The notes below the pieces were generated by a model. The model searched no databases and was not told the DNA's origin. It saw only the letters and a program-made list of their open reading frames with translations. DNA of 64,000 bases from a virus. Taxonomy: Duplodnaviria; Caudoviricetes. Shown here piece by piece: positions 9,459 through 18,378 of this stretch. Within the stretch, counting starts at the first letter, position 1. Each line of letters starts with the position of its first letter. Made by a program: the position numbers and the translations under genes. The DNA lies in IMG/VR virus record IMGVR_UViG_3300050138_000573, positions 2,098-66,097 of that record; one strand, 5' to 3'.

Positions 9459-10136
9459 ATGAGCGCGATGGCCGTTCACTATTCCTCTGCGACGGATCTT
9501 TGGGAGACTCCGCAGGCGTTCTTCGATGAACTAAACGCCATATTCGGTTTCGGGTTAGACGTGTGCGCAACGCCGGAGAACGCGAAATGCCCGCGCTATT
9601 TCACCAAGGAGACGGATGGGCTTGCCCAAGAGTGGAAGGGCGTTTGCTGGATGAACCCGCCTTATGGCCGAGAAATCGGTCAATGGATGGCCAAGGCGTA
9701 CCGGTCGGCCCTGTCCGGCGCTACTGTCGTCTGTCTCGTGCCGGCCCGCACCGATACCGTTTGGTGGCACGATTATGCCGCAAAGGGCGAAGTGCGCTTC
9801 GTTAAAGGGCGGCTCAAGTTTGGCGATGCCAAGAACTCAGCTCCGTTTCCATCTGCCGTTATTGTTTTCAGACCCCCCATGATGAGACCAGAAATCTATA
9901 AATTGTTATCCGATAACCGGCCCCTGCCAAGTGGCACTCGCATCAAGACAACATACGGCGGCGTCTACACGGGCGGCGACCACGCTCTCTTGCCCGCTGC
10001 GCTGGAGTCCGCGAACAGATGCCCGAACCACCTGAGCGACTATTGCCCGTTTTGGATTCTCGGATGGAAAGACCTTCACAACGATCTATTCATCCCCGAC
10101 TCAGTACTGTCTAGTCGTAACCCAACTCATTCATGA
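9459..10136 (+). CDS. dam: phage N6-adenine DNA methyltransferase (Dam-like) with C-terminal extension
   Basis: WETPQ..F, LDVCA..EN, WMNPPYG, LVPARTDT.WW, GRLKF, APFPS motifs. Confidence 0.92.
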   Translation: MSAMAVHYSSATDLWETPQAFFDELNAIFGFGLDVCATPENAKCPRYFTKETDGLAQEWKGVCWMNPPYGREIGQWMAKAYRSALSGATVVCLVPARTDTVWWHDYAAKGEVRFVKGRLKFGDAKNSAPFPSAVIVFRPPMMRPEIYKLLSDNRPLPSGTRIKTTYGGVYTGGDHALLPAALESANRCPNHLSDYCPFWILGWKDLHNDLFIPDSVLSSRNPTHS

Positions 10137-10336
10137 AAGACTCACCCACCCCGCCACGCAGTGAGCCTGCGCCCAAGGTCCAAGCACCGCCCCCGCCTGA
10201 GCCGCCGGAGTGTACGAAGGACAACTGCCGCAACTGCCCGAACATGAAGTCGACCGTTTCGACTTGGGATTGGGAACGGTACGAGTGCCCGGTGTGCGGG
10301 CTGACCTACAAGATCTACGAGGAGGATATGAAATGA
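10133..10336 (+). CDS. small Zn-ribbon protein
   Basis: CRNC...CPVC. Confidence 0.6.
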   Translation: MKDSPTPPRSEPAPKVQAPPPPEPPECTKDNCRNCPNMKSTVSTWDWERYECPVCGLTYKIYEEDMK

Positions 10337-10719
10337 CCTTCAAACAAGCTCAGCAGGCTGGTGTCGTGGGTATGATGCCGCACGACCCGCCCGCCCCTGC
10401 CAGCGAAGGCCGTAGCGAGGAGCTGCGGAAACAGATAAAGGGCTGTCTGGCGGACCTTGTGCTGGAGGACCAATCGACCATCGAAGAGACAGCGGACGAC
10501 ATCCTCGCCCTGCTCGCCGCCCACTACCCGGGCGCGGGGGTGGAGAGCGCGAGGCTCGATTGGCTGGAGAACTACTGGATTCGCCTCAATGATGATCCGG
10601 TCGTCTATGGGTGGAAATCCCAAGGCGGAGCCAATATGGCCGACCTACGCCAAGCCATCGACGCAGCCATGGCCCAGAGCGCCGGGCGGGACGACGGCAG
10701 GGGAGGGAAGGCGGAATGA
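10333..10719 (+). CDS. hypothetical protein
   Basis: ARLDWLE...LRQAIDAAM phage motif; ATGA overlap. Confidence 0.65.
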   Translation: MTFKQAQQAGVVGMMPHDPPAPASEGRSEELRKQIKGCLADLVLEDQSTIEETADDILALLAAHYPGAGVESARLDWLENYWIRLNDDPVVYGWKSQGGANMADLRQAIDAAMAQSAGRDDGRGGKAE

Positions 10720-10931
10720 ACGCTGACGTGGATCGTGAGCGGGAGGCCACATATTTTGCAATGCACCTACTCGTTCCAACGGTCATGTTGCGCGCAGAAC
10801 TCAACAAACTGGGAGGTCTCGATGTCGTTGACGACGATGACAAAACCCTGCGCGAACTCGCCCGTAAATTCAAAGTGAGCAAAACAATCATCGCTTTTCG
10901 TATTGCCGAGGAAGCCACCAAATCGCGATGA
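10716..10931 (+). CDS. stand-alone C-terminal fragment of ImmA/IrrE metallopeptidase family
   Basis: REREATYFAMHLLVP...LARKFKVS..IIAFRI; no HExxH. Confidence 0.6.
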   Translation: MNADVDREREATYFAMHLLVPTVMLRAELNKLGGLDVVDDDDKTLRELARKFKVSKTIIAFRIAEEATKSR

Positions 10932-12118
10932 AACCGCGTATTCGCGCCAGCTCCTTACCCCAGTTGCTCAACTGCCACGGCAGCAGGACGCTGATCCCGC
11001 TCGTGAAAAAGCGTGAGGGTGGCGAGGGATGGGAGGGGACGATGGGGCATTGGACGGTGGCTGACCGGCTGATAAAAGAAAGCGGCGCCAAGACGCCAAC
11101 AGACTTCCTTTCAAAGCCTGACGTGCCCGAAGGCTACACGCTGCCAAAGATGAGCGAATGGGTAGCCCCGTGGATTCTGCGCCAGGTGGCCGAGGATTTC
11201 CCGCCGACTTACGCCCTCGAGGTCGAGGGCTATTTCGAGGCGGAGTTCGATCGTTTCATCCTGACCGGCCGCATGGACATCAACGGCGTCAACGCCGAGG
11301 GCACGGATTTCATCGGCGCTGATGAGAAATGGGGTTACAAGCCGGTGATCGCCGCCGATCTCAACGACCAGATCCTTGGTTACCTCGGGCTCGCGAAAAA
11401 GAATTACCCAAAGCTCACCAGCGCGAAATTCAAACTCTACCAGCCGCGCAACTCCGAAGAGGACGGGTTTCAACGCGTGTCATCCGTGTCGCTCGACGGC
11501 GAGCAGTTGAATGATTGTGTCACTTTTCTCAATGATCGCATCAATGCCGCGCTCGACGACCCGATGACCGTCAACTCGGGCATGCTGCAGTGCTCCTGGT
11601 GCCCAGCGGCCGCCGCTCGTCTCATTGACGGCGAAGGCTCCCTTGTCTGCCCTGCTATCCGCCAAGAATTTGAAAACATGAAAGCCATCCTCACCCCTCA
11701 ATTTCTCGCCACAATCAAGACTGACGCGCCCGACGCGACGCTGGTCGATCTCCTCATTGCCTCGCGCACCGTCAACCGCGCCGTCGAGGACGTGGAGGCG
11801 ATCCTGCATGAGCGGCTCGCGGCCAATGGCAGCGCCACGGCCACGGACGGCACGCGCGTCACGCAGAAGATCACAGGCGGTGCCTACAAGGTCACGAATC
11901 CCGAGGGCGCGTGGGAAGCGGTCAACAGTCTCGTGCCGCCGGCGCGCATGCCGTTCGTCGTGAAGTATTCGACCACGGAAATCGTTGATGAGATCGCCGA
12001 TGCTCAGAAGATCCCAAAGGGCGGAAAGGCTGCGGTCACTGGAAAAACAGTGTTCGACTCTGTGGTGAGACCGCACATGGAACAGTCGCAGAGAAAGCTG
12101 TTCGTTTTTGCCCCATGA
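10928..12118 (+). CDS. Cas4-like PD-(D/E)XK exonuclease (DUF2800-type)
   Basis: IRASSL...CHGS, EGTMGH, LTGRMD...DEKWG, QCSWCP...CP. Confidence 0.8.
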   Translation: MKPRIRASSLPQLLNCHGSRTLIPLVKKREGGEGWEGTMGHWTVADRLIKESGAKTPTDFLSKPDVPEGYTLPKMSEWVAPWILRQVAEDFPPTYALEVEGYFEAEFDRFILTGRMDINGVNAEGTDFIGADEKWGYKPVIAADLNDQILGYLGLAKKNYPKLTSAKFKLYQPRNSEEDGFQRVSSVSLDGEQLNDCVTFLNDRINAALDDPMTVNSGMLQCSWCPAAAARLIDGEGSLVCPAIRQEFENMKAILTPQFLATIKTDAPDATLVDLLIASRTVNRAVEDVEAILHERLAANGSATATDGTRVTQKITGGAYKVTNPEGAWEAVNSLVPPARMPFVVKYSTTEIVDEIADAQKIPKGGKAAVTGKTVFDSVVRPHMEQSQRKLFVFAP

Positions 12119-12501
12119 GCGATTGGATCTACAAAATCTTCGCGCGACGCCTTGAGGACCGCGACGTTTTTCAAATCGGCGATGGGCTGAGAGCGAGTTC
12201 CCCTCCGCGCATCGAGACATTGGCTGCGGAATTTGGAGAGAATTGGCAGGTCTGGGCAGTGGCCTTCCCGGCCGAACACCCGCACGCTCAACTTCAACGC
12301 CGGCTCAACTCCCGTGCGATCCACGCCCGCGCCATGACTGCTTCCGGCCGCCGCAAGGCCGATGGCGATTTCCTGCTCAACGACATCAAGATCAAGCACG
12401 CCGAGCGCGCGAGCATCAACGACCTGCTTTCGCGACCGCAGAAACGTGAGGCAATTCAACCCGCGCTCCTCGCGCCGCCTGCGCCGCCTGATGAAATCTA
12501 G
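12115..12501 (+). CDS. hypothetical protein
   Basis: 128 aa, ATGA-coupled. Confidence 0.6.
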   Translation: MSDWIYKIFARRLEDRDVFQIGDGLRASSPPRIETLAAEFGENWQVWAVAFPAEHPHAQLQRRLNSRAIHARAMTASGRRKADGDFLLNDIKIKHAERASINDLLSRPQKREAIQPALLAPPAPPDEI

Positions 12502-12919
12502 CGGCATACCATTCGCCAAACTTCCTGCACGTGTGCAGAAACTCGTGCTGGCGCAGGATGCGAAGCCTGTAGTGCCGACACCGAATCTGGACAGGATGAT
12601 CCGGCAGAGCAGCGGGACCGCAGTGCAGGTTCCTGTTGGGCATTTCGCCGCATTTGGGCTGCCAGAACCAGAGAGAGAACACCGTTTTGATCCTCCGAGG
12701 AAATGGCGATTCGACTTCGCGTGGCCCACAAAAAAAATAGCCCTTGAGGTCGAGGGGGGAGTCTGGACGGGAGGGCGCCATACGCGCGGCGGAGGCTTCA
12801 TGAAGGACATGGAGAAATACAACCAAGCGGCTATTATCGGTTGGAGGGTTGTCCGCTGTGTGCCAAGTGAGGTGAAAGGTCTTGCTACCATTGCGATGAT
12901 TGAAAGACTCCTCGCATGA
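12491..12919 (+). CDS. Vsr/DUF559-like PD-(D/E)XK endonuclease
   Basis: EHRFDPPRKWRFDFAWP..KIALEVEGG.W..GRH...DMEKYN.A...GW. Confidence 0.85.
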   Translation: MKSSGIPFAKLPARVQKLVLAQDAKPVVPTPNLDRMIRQSSGTAVQVPVGHFAAFGLPEPEREHRFDPPRKWRFDFAWPTKKIALEVEGGVWTGGRHTRGGGFMKDMEKYNQAAIIGWRVVRCVPSEVKGLATIAMIERLLA

Positions 12920-13389
12920 ACCCCAAGGCGTTTCGTGAGAGATTGATCGAAAGATTTATGCGCCGAGTGCGGAAGACCAAAAAGTGCTGGATATGGATGG
13001 GTTCGCTAAATAAAGGTTACGGGAAATTCACCATAGGCAGAAAGAACGTGGCTGCACATCGGTTCTCGTATGAACACTTCATAGGTAAAATGCCGCGCGG
13101 CTTGGTGACGCACCATAACTGCTTCAATACGCGCTGCGTCAACCCGAAGCATCTTGAGGCAGTTACCCAACGAGAAAATTTGATGCGATCTGACACTTTC
13201 CAAGCTAGGAACGCCGCAAAAACGCACTGCATTCACGGGCATCCGCTTAGCGGGGCGAATCTTCTCAAAAGGAAAAACGCTCGTGGATGCCGGGAGTGCA
13301 GCCTCGTAGCGAAAGAGCACAAGCGGCGCAAAGAAGGCCGCAAGGTTCGAGGCCGCTACCTGACGTTTGTAGAAAAAAAGCTACCATGA
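12916..13389 (+). CDS. HNH homing endonuclease with Zn-finger
   Basis: CWIWMG..NKGYG, AHRFSY, HNCFNTRCVNPKHLEAVT..EN, KTHCIHGH; paralog of 177-569. Confidence 0.9.
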   Translation: MNPKAFRERLIERFMRRVRKTKKCWIWMGSLNKGYGKFTIGRKNVAAHRFSYEHFIGKMPRGLVTHHNCFNTRCVNPKHLEAVTQRENLMRSDTFQARNAAKTHCIHGHPLSGANLLKRKNARGCRECSLVAKEHKRRKEGRKVRGRYLTFVEKKLP

Positions 13390-13898
13390 CCCGCATGCCT
13401 ACCTTGCCCCAAATCCTGATCGCCGGCGCCCTGGTCCTCGTTCTCTGGGGCTGGCTCTGGTTGAACGCACCCGACGCCAAGGCCCAAGAAATCGTGTGGC
13501 ATGGCTATCAGCCGCCGGTGAACGTGTCGTGGGAGATACTCGCGCTCGCCAGCGCCGAGGGTTGGGATTCGGTGAACAGGCCAATTGGTGCGGCTGGTGA
13601 GCGCGGGCGGCTTCAGTTCACCGAAGCACGCTGGTCTGAACTCAGCATAAAACCATTTCGCTGGGCCGACTCGCGGCAGAATTTCGCGATCAAGGAGACG
13701 CATCGCGTCGAGACGGTGCACGTGCTGGACCTGATTCGAAAATGCGGAAAACTGCATCGACGCGCGACGCCCTATCTCGTTGCCGCCTTGCACTGTGCTG
13801 GCTACGAGGCGGTCGCGAGTGGCCACATCGCAGCAATGAAATCGGATTTCGCCGTGCGTGCAGCTGCGGTGTATCACGATCTGGAAACGAAACCGTGA
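13386..13898 (+). CDS. lysozyme/lytic-transglycosylase-like protein with N-terminal TM segment
   Basis: ALASAE...GAAGERGRLQF...W motif resembling lysozyme-fold catalytic Glu and GxxQ; hydrophobic N-terminus. Confidence 0.55.
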   Translation: MTRMPTLPQILIAGALVLVLWGWLWLNAPDAKAQEIVWHGYQPPVNVSWEILALASAEGWDSVNRPIGAAGERGRLQFTEARWSELSIKPFRWADSRQNFAIKETHRVETVHVLDLIRKCGKLHRRATPYLVAALHCAGYEAVASGHIAAMKSDFAVRAAAVYHDLETKP

Positions 13899-14098
13899 CG
13901 GCGGATGAATACCGCGAAACTTGCGACGAGTTTCGCAGACTGGTGGGCGATGGCTCGCTCAATACGGTGCTGCGGACGGCGGCGCTGGCCTGCCAGGAGG
14001 CGCGCGCGGCGCTGATGCGCGCCGGCAAAGGCGATCCCGCGCTCGATCGCCTGCTTCACGATGTCCAACACCGGCTCGAGCAGGAGGCGCATGAGTGA
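13895..14098 (+). CDS. hypothetical protein
   Basis: GTGA overlap; 67 aa. Confidence 0.55.
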   Translation: MTADEYRETCDEFRRLVGDGSLNTVLRTAALACQEARAALMRAGKGDPALDRLLHDVQHRLEQEAHE

Positions 14099-15809
14099 GG
14101 AACTCGAGCTTGATTTGGTTGAACCTTGGTCGCCATCGGCCACTCGGAATCTGCGCGAATACCAGGTTGCCTGCGTGAAGGCAGTGCAGGAAGGGTGGAA
14201 ACAGTTTTCGCGACAGCTTTGCGTCATCGAGGGAGGCGGTGGGAAAACGATCTGCTTCAGCCATCTGACGAAAGACGAGGTGGCACGCGGCGGCCGCGTG
14301 CTGATCCTCGCCCACACCGACGAACTACTGGAGCAGGCGATCGACAAGCTCTTCCGCGCCACCGGCATCACGGCCGACAAGGAAAAAGCCGACCAGCACG
14401 CCAGCCTGAGCGCGCGGGTGGTCGTCGCATCGATCCAGACCCTCTCGCGCGAGAATCGCCTGCTGAATTTCCCCGACGACCATTTTACCGAGGTCCATCA
14501 GGACGAGGCACATCGAAGTCTCGCCCCGTCATTCCTGCGCGTCCTCAATTACTTCCACTTCGGCGTCGAGTCGCTGCACGAAGGCTGGAAGCCGCCCGAA
14601 CCCGGCGCGCCATACAAGCACAAGGCGCGGATCTGCGGCTGGACGGCAACGCCAAGCCGCGGTGACGCGCGCAGTCTTGGGGAATTCTACCAAAATGTTG
14701 CTTATCAATGGACTCTGCTCGAGGCCGTGCACGACGGCTACCTCGCCCGGCCAATCGTGAAGCAAATCCCCCTTCAACTCGACATGAGAGGCATCAAAAC
14801 AAGCCGTTCTGGGGGCCAAGGCGCCGACCTTGACTTGGGTGAGGTCACGAGCCGCATCACGCCGTTCCTGCGGCTTATCGCCAAGGAAATCGCCATCCAC
14901 GCCCCCAAATTGAAGACGGTGGTGTTTATGCCATCGATCGAAACGGCCCGGCTGCTGGCCCAGGCGATTTGCGACGAGGGATTGGCCGGCCAGTTCGTCT
15001 CCGGCGAGTGCCCGGATCGTGCCGAGAAGATTCTGGCCTTCCGCGCCGCCGGGCCGGGGACGGTCATTTGCAATGCCATGCTGATCGTCGAGGGCTTTGA
15101 TGTTCCCGACATCACCGCCGTCTGTCTGCTGCGGCCAACGAAAATCTGGGGTTTTTACAAGCAGGCAGTGCTGCGCGGCAGCCGGACGCTGCCCGGGGTG
15201 ATCGATGGGCTCACGACACGCGAGGCGCGGCTCGCGGCGATCGCGCGGTCGGCTAAGCCCTTTTTTACAATTCTCGACTTCCTCTGGCTGTCAGACCGGA
15301 TGGATCTCATCTGCCCGTTCGACTTGGTGACGACGAACCAAGGGGTGCGCGACATCATGGCCGTGATGTCGGGCGACGACCTCGTGGCGATGGAGGCCCA
15401 GGCCGAGAAGGACTTCCTCGCCGCGCTGATGAAGGAGGCGAAGAAGCACGCGAAAAAAGCCTCGAGGACCATCGATCCGATTGCTTTGGCGGTCACGGTG
15501 GGCGATACGGCCTTGGCGCTCTGGCAGCCTGAGACTGCCTGGGACGAACTCCCGCCGACCACCGGACAACTTGCGTTCCTCCAACGTCAGCACCTTGACG
15601 TGTCCGCGATCAAGCACCGCGGGTTCGCGCAGCGCCTCGTGCTTCGCCTGCTTACCCGGTTCAAGGCCGGCCTATGTAGCTACGAGCAAATTGTGTTTCT
15701 CCGCCGAATGGGCATCCCCGAGGATCAGACCGTGATGCTGACGCGCGCCCAGGCATCCGCCGCGATCGATTCACGCAAGAAGGAATTAGACGCCCGCCGA
15801 TTGCGATAA
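14091..15809 (+). CDS. superfamily 2 DEAH-box helicase
   Basis: LREYQ, GGGKT, DEAH, TAT, EGFDVP, LRPTK...Q...RG.R motifs. Confidence 0.93.
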   Translation: MSEELELDLVEPWSPSATRNLREYQVACVKAVQEGWKQFSRQLCVIEGGGGKTICFSHLTKDEVARGGRVLILAHTDELLEQAIDKLFRATGITADKEKADQHASLSARVVVASIQTLSRENRLLNFPDDHFTEVHQDEAHRSLAPSFLRVLNYFHFGVESLHEGWKPPEPGAPYKHKARICGWTATPSRGDARSLGEFYQNVAYQWTLLEAVHDGYLARPIVKQIPLQLDMRGIKTSRSGGQGADLDLGEVTSRITPFLRLIAKEIAIHAPKLKTVVFMPSIETARLLAQAICDEGLAGQFVSGECPDRAEKILAFRAAGPGTVICNAMLIVEGFDVPDITAVCLLRPTKIWGFYKQAVLRGSRTLPGVIDGLTTREARLAAIARSAKPFFTILDFLWLSDRMDLICPFDLVTTNQGVRDIMAVMSGDDLVAMEAQAEKDFLAALMKEAKKHAKKASRTIDPIALAVTVGDTALALWQPETAWDELPPTTGQLAFLQRQHLDVSAIKHRGFAQRLVLRLLTRFKAGLCSYEQIVFLRRMGIPEDQTVMLTRAQASAAIDSRKKELDARRLR

Positions 15810-15848
15810 GGGCTTGAAACTGTCGGCGTTCGTGGAAGATATGTGGCA

Positions 15849-16259
15849 ATGACAGAAAATGTCACAATCGCCTGCATTGCAGCCGGAGGCGCGATCATCG
15901 GTATAGCACCGGCCACGATTTTAGCTTGGGCGTCCCTCCGTACCTCCAAGGCCAACTCGATCAAAGCGGATGACAACGCCGCCAAGGTCGATGCGGTCGC
16001 GGGAAAGGTCGATGCGGTCGCGGTGAAAACGGACGCCGTTTCGGAGAAGGCGGATGCCGTCGCGGTGAAGGCCGACACGCTCCTCGGTAAAACCACGGAG
16101 ATCAAGTTGCAGACCGATGGGCATTTGACCGAGATGGCGAAACAGCTCGCGGAAGCCAACGCGCGCGTTGCGTCGATGGAGAAACTCGTCGGTCAGGTGA
16201 GCCAGTTAGTCCAAGGCAACCAAGTGGCACGCGCGGCTAGAGCGAAAAAGAAGAACTGA
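15849..16259 (+). CDS. membrane protein with heptad (xxKxDAV) repeats; possible holin/lysis accessory
   Basis: N-terminal TM; 21-bp tandem repeats at ~15984-16077. Confidence 0.65.
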   Translation: MTENVTIACIAAGGAIIGIAPATILAWASLRTSKANSIKADDNAAKVDAVAGKVDAVAVKTDAVSEKADAVAVKADTLLGKTTEIKLQTDGHLTEMAKQLAEANARVASMEKLVGQVSQLVQGNQVARAARAKKKN

Positions 16260-16438
16260 CGACCGATCGGTAGGTCATTACCCCGTTGCCGCAGACTTGC
16301 TTTTCCCCTTCAATTTCAGGACTCTCCGCCGTGAAGGTCTATCTTTTCGACAACTGCAATGTCAAATTTTCACCGAAACGCCCGGCTCACTTCGCTTGGA
16401 CTATCGGCCCAGTATCCAACAAAAAACAAGGCTCTAAA

Positions 16439-16759
16439 ATGGACATCGTACTAACCAATGAACAGCAGGTGAACGTGAAACTCAACCCGGTGTCGGCCAA
16501 GGGCCACGCCGAGGCGCTCGACGGCATTCCGGTTTGGGCGGTCGTTTCAGGCTCGTGCACCATCATCCCCTCGGCCGACGGCCTTTCGTGCCTCATCGTT
16601 TCCGCGGACGTTCCCGGCGACTCCGAAATCTCCGTCTCGGCCGATGCCGATCTCGGCGCCGGCGTCGTCAACATCTCGGACGCGATCCGCGTCACCGTCA
16701 ACGGCGCGCAGGCCGCGAGCCTCGGGCTCACGCAGGACCCGGCGACGCTTAAGCCGTAA
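16439..16759 (+). CDS. small beta-rich (Ig-like) protein; paralog of the N-terminus of 18379-20517
   Basis: gapless alignment, 64/106 identical residues by hand. Confidence 0.75.
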   Translation: MDIVLTNEQQVNVKLNPVSAKGHAEALDGIPVWAVVSGSCTIIPSADGLSCLIVSADVPGDSEISVSADADLGAGVVNISDAIRVTVNGAQAASLGLTQDPATLKP

Positions 16760-16794
16760 TCCCGCAGTCATCACCGAAATAATTATTCCCGCTC

Positions 16795-17193
16795 GTGGAC
16801 TACGACGAATTCAAGCGCCGGCACGAGGAAGAATATGGGGATAGCTGGGCGCTATTCCTGATCTTCAAGCAAAACGTATATATCGCCCAACAACTCGAAA
16901 TCATCATGTCTCAAAACTCTGATATTATCGCCGCGGCGACCACGCTCTCGACCGCCTCTGACGCTCTAAGCGCCAAGGTCGATACTCTCACGGCTGCGGC
17001 GGACGCAGTCCTTGCTGCCGCCCAAAACGGCGACCTGACGGCCGCCACGCCCGCCGGTACGGCTGCGCTCGCCGCCATGCAGGCTTCCTCCACGACCGCC
17101 GGCGCCGCTGGCGACAAGGTGGATGCCGAAGTCGCGAAGCTCGACGCGGTGCTCCCCACGCCGGCCCCCGCAGGTGCCCCGGCCAGCCCGTAA
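16795..17193 (+). CDS. Ala-rich coiled-coil protein
   Basis: 132-aa ORF followed by a terminator. Confidence 0.65.
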   Translation: MDYDEFKRRHEEEYGDSWALFLIFKQNVYIAQQLEIIMSQNSDIIAAATTLSTASDALSAKVDTLTAAADAVLAAAQNGDLTAATPAGTAALAAMQASSTTAGAAGDKVDAEVAKLDAVLPTPAPAGAPASP

Positions 17194-17215
17194 TCTTAGC
17201 AACCCCAACCTCAAC

Positions 17216-17241
17216 GCCCGGACTAAACTCCGGGCTTTTTT
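17216..17241 (+). terminator. rho-independent terminator
   Basis: GCCCGGA-ctaaac-TCCGGGC-TTTTTT. Confidence 0.75.
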
Positions 17242-17244
17242 CAA

Positions 17245-17439
17245 ATGTCCGTTCTGGGCCTCATCATTATCCTGTTTCTCCTCGGCCTGCTCTGCTGGGT
17301 GGTCTATCGCTTTGCGCCCATTCCTGCGGGCTTCAAGACGTTGATTTATTTCGTCCTGATGGCTATCGCCATCCTGCTCGTGCTCCAGGCGTTTGGCCTG
17401 CTCGGCAGTTTGAACATGCAAGTGCCCCACGTTCGCTGA
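17245..17439 (+). CDS. Thivi_2564-like two-TM membrane protein
   Basis: LIIILFLLGLLCWVV.RFAPIP..FK.LI..V...AILLVLQAFGLLG pattern. Confidence 0.7.
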   Translation: MSVLGLIIILFLLGLLCWVVYRFAPIPAGFKTLIYFVLMAIAILLVLQAFGLLGSLNMQVPHVR

Positions 17440-17442
17440 ACA

Positions 17443-17479
17443 CAAAAAGGCCGCACCTTTTTCGGGCGCGGCTTTTTTG
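17443..17479. terminator. bidirectional terminator between converging arms
   Basis: AAAAA-GGCCGCACC-loop-GGGCGCGGC-TTTTTT at the + / - convergence point. Confidence 0.85.
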
Positions 17480-17497
17480 TGCCTGGACGGCGGGATG

Positions 17498-17923
17498 TTA
17501 CTTTTTCGGCGCGGGATCGCTGAATCCACGGCGAACCTGAAAGTTCGCGGTCACGGGAAGCGGTTTCCCGGCCTGCTTCAGCGCGACGCCAGCCTGATAA
17601 TCTTTCTCGTCCTGGGTCAGCGGCGCGGGCTTGGCTCCTGCGGCCGGCGCCGGAGCGCCGGGCGGCACGACAGCCGCGGGGGCCTCGGCCTCGATCGTCA
17701 CGTGGATTTCGCTGCCCTTTTGCAGCCCGGACGACGGCGCGAACGGCTTGTCGAGTGTGAGATCAAGACCGCCGGATCCACCATACAGATGCGCCGCCCG
17801 CGGATGGGCGGCCGTGTTGAACGGCAAAGTTTCTGTGACAGCTTTGGCGGTGATTTTCTGACCGCCGGCGGTGTTACCCGCGACTTCCGTGACCTGCATT
17901 TTGACTCGGATAAGTGTGTTCAT
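17498..17923 (-). CDS. hypothetical protein
   Basis: MNTLIRVKMQV...; upstream TAGAAC-17-TACTCT promoter-like element. Confidence 0.7.
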   Translation of the reverse strand: MNTLIRVKMQVTEVAGNTAGGQKITAKAVTETLPFNTAAHPRAAHLYGGSGGLDLTLDKPFAPSSGLQKGSEIHVTIEAEAPAAVVPPGAPAPAAGAKPAPLTQDEKDYQAGVALKQAGKPLPVTANFQVRRGFSDPAPKK

Positions 17924-17990
17924 GGCACACTCAGAGTAAGGCAAAACCCCCGCCGGTTCTATGGGGTCTTGCCAGTATTAGGCGTTTTTC

Positions 17991-18311
17991 TCAGCGACTC
18001 GTGGAGCTCGTGCTCCCACGGGTATCCCGGAAATCCCGCCTGGCGTCCGACCGCTGAAGCTGTTCCACGCCGGTCGCCACCTTGATGAGCACGTCATGGT
18101 CGAGTGCGCGTGCCACGGAAATTTCTTTCACCGTCTCGCTATTTGTTCGCGCATCGGATTTTAGATCGGCGTAAGCCACGCCCGCGGCCAACGCCACGCC
18201 GAGAATGTAGATCAGCGTCCGCTGCGACATTTTGACCGCCACCTCATCTCCGATGGTAAGGTGTTCGCCGTGCGTGCCCCGGATATGCGTCATGAAGAAA
18301 GGTTTTTTCAT
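17991..18311 (-). CDS. single-TM coiled-coil protein (holin-like candidate)
   Basis: TLIYILGVALAAGVAY hydrophobic segment. Confidence 0.55.
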   Translation of the reverse strand: MKKPFFMTHIRGTHGEHLTIGDEVAVKMSQRTLIYILGVALAAGVAYADLKSDARTNSETVKEISVARALDHDVLIKVATGVEQLQRSDARRDFRDTRGSTSSTSR

Positions 18312-18378
18312 GTTCCGGGCTATTTGCAATGGATTTGGGACTACCGGGAAGTCGGCAGAAAAAGTTCTCGGCATACGG

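Noticed and set aside
10928-12118. Cas4 as evidence of a CRISPR-Cas system
   Set aside because: A solo Cas4-like exonuclease in a phage recombination module; no cas1/cas2 or array seen.
15984-16077. 21-bp tandem repeats as a CRISPR-like array
   Set aside because: No spacers; they encode heptad KxDAV repeats within a CDS.
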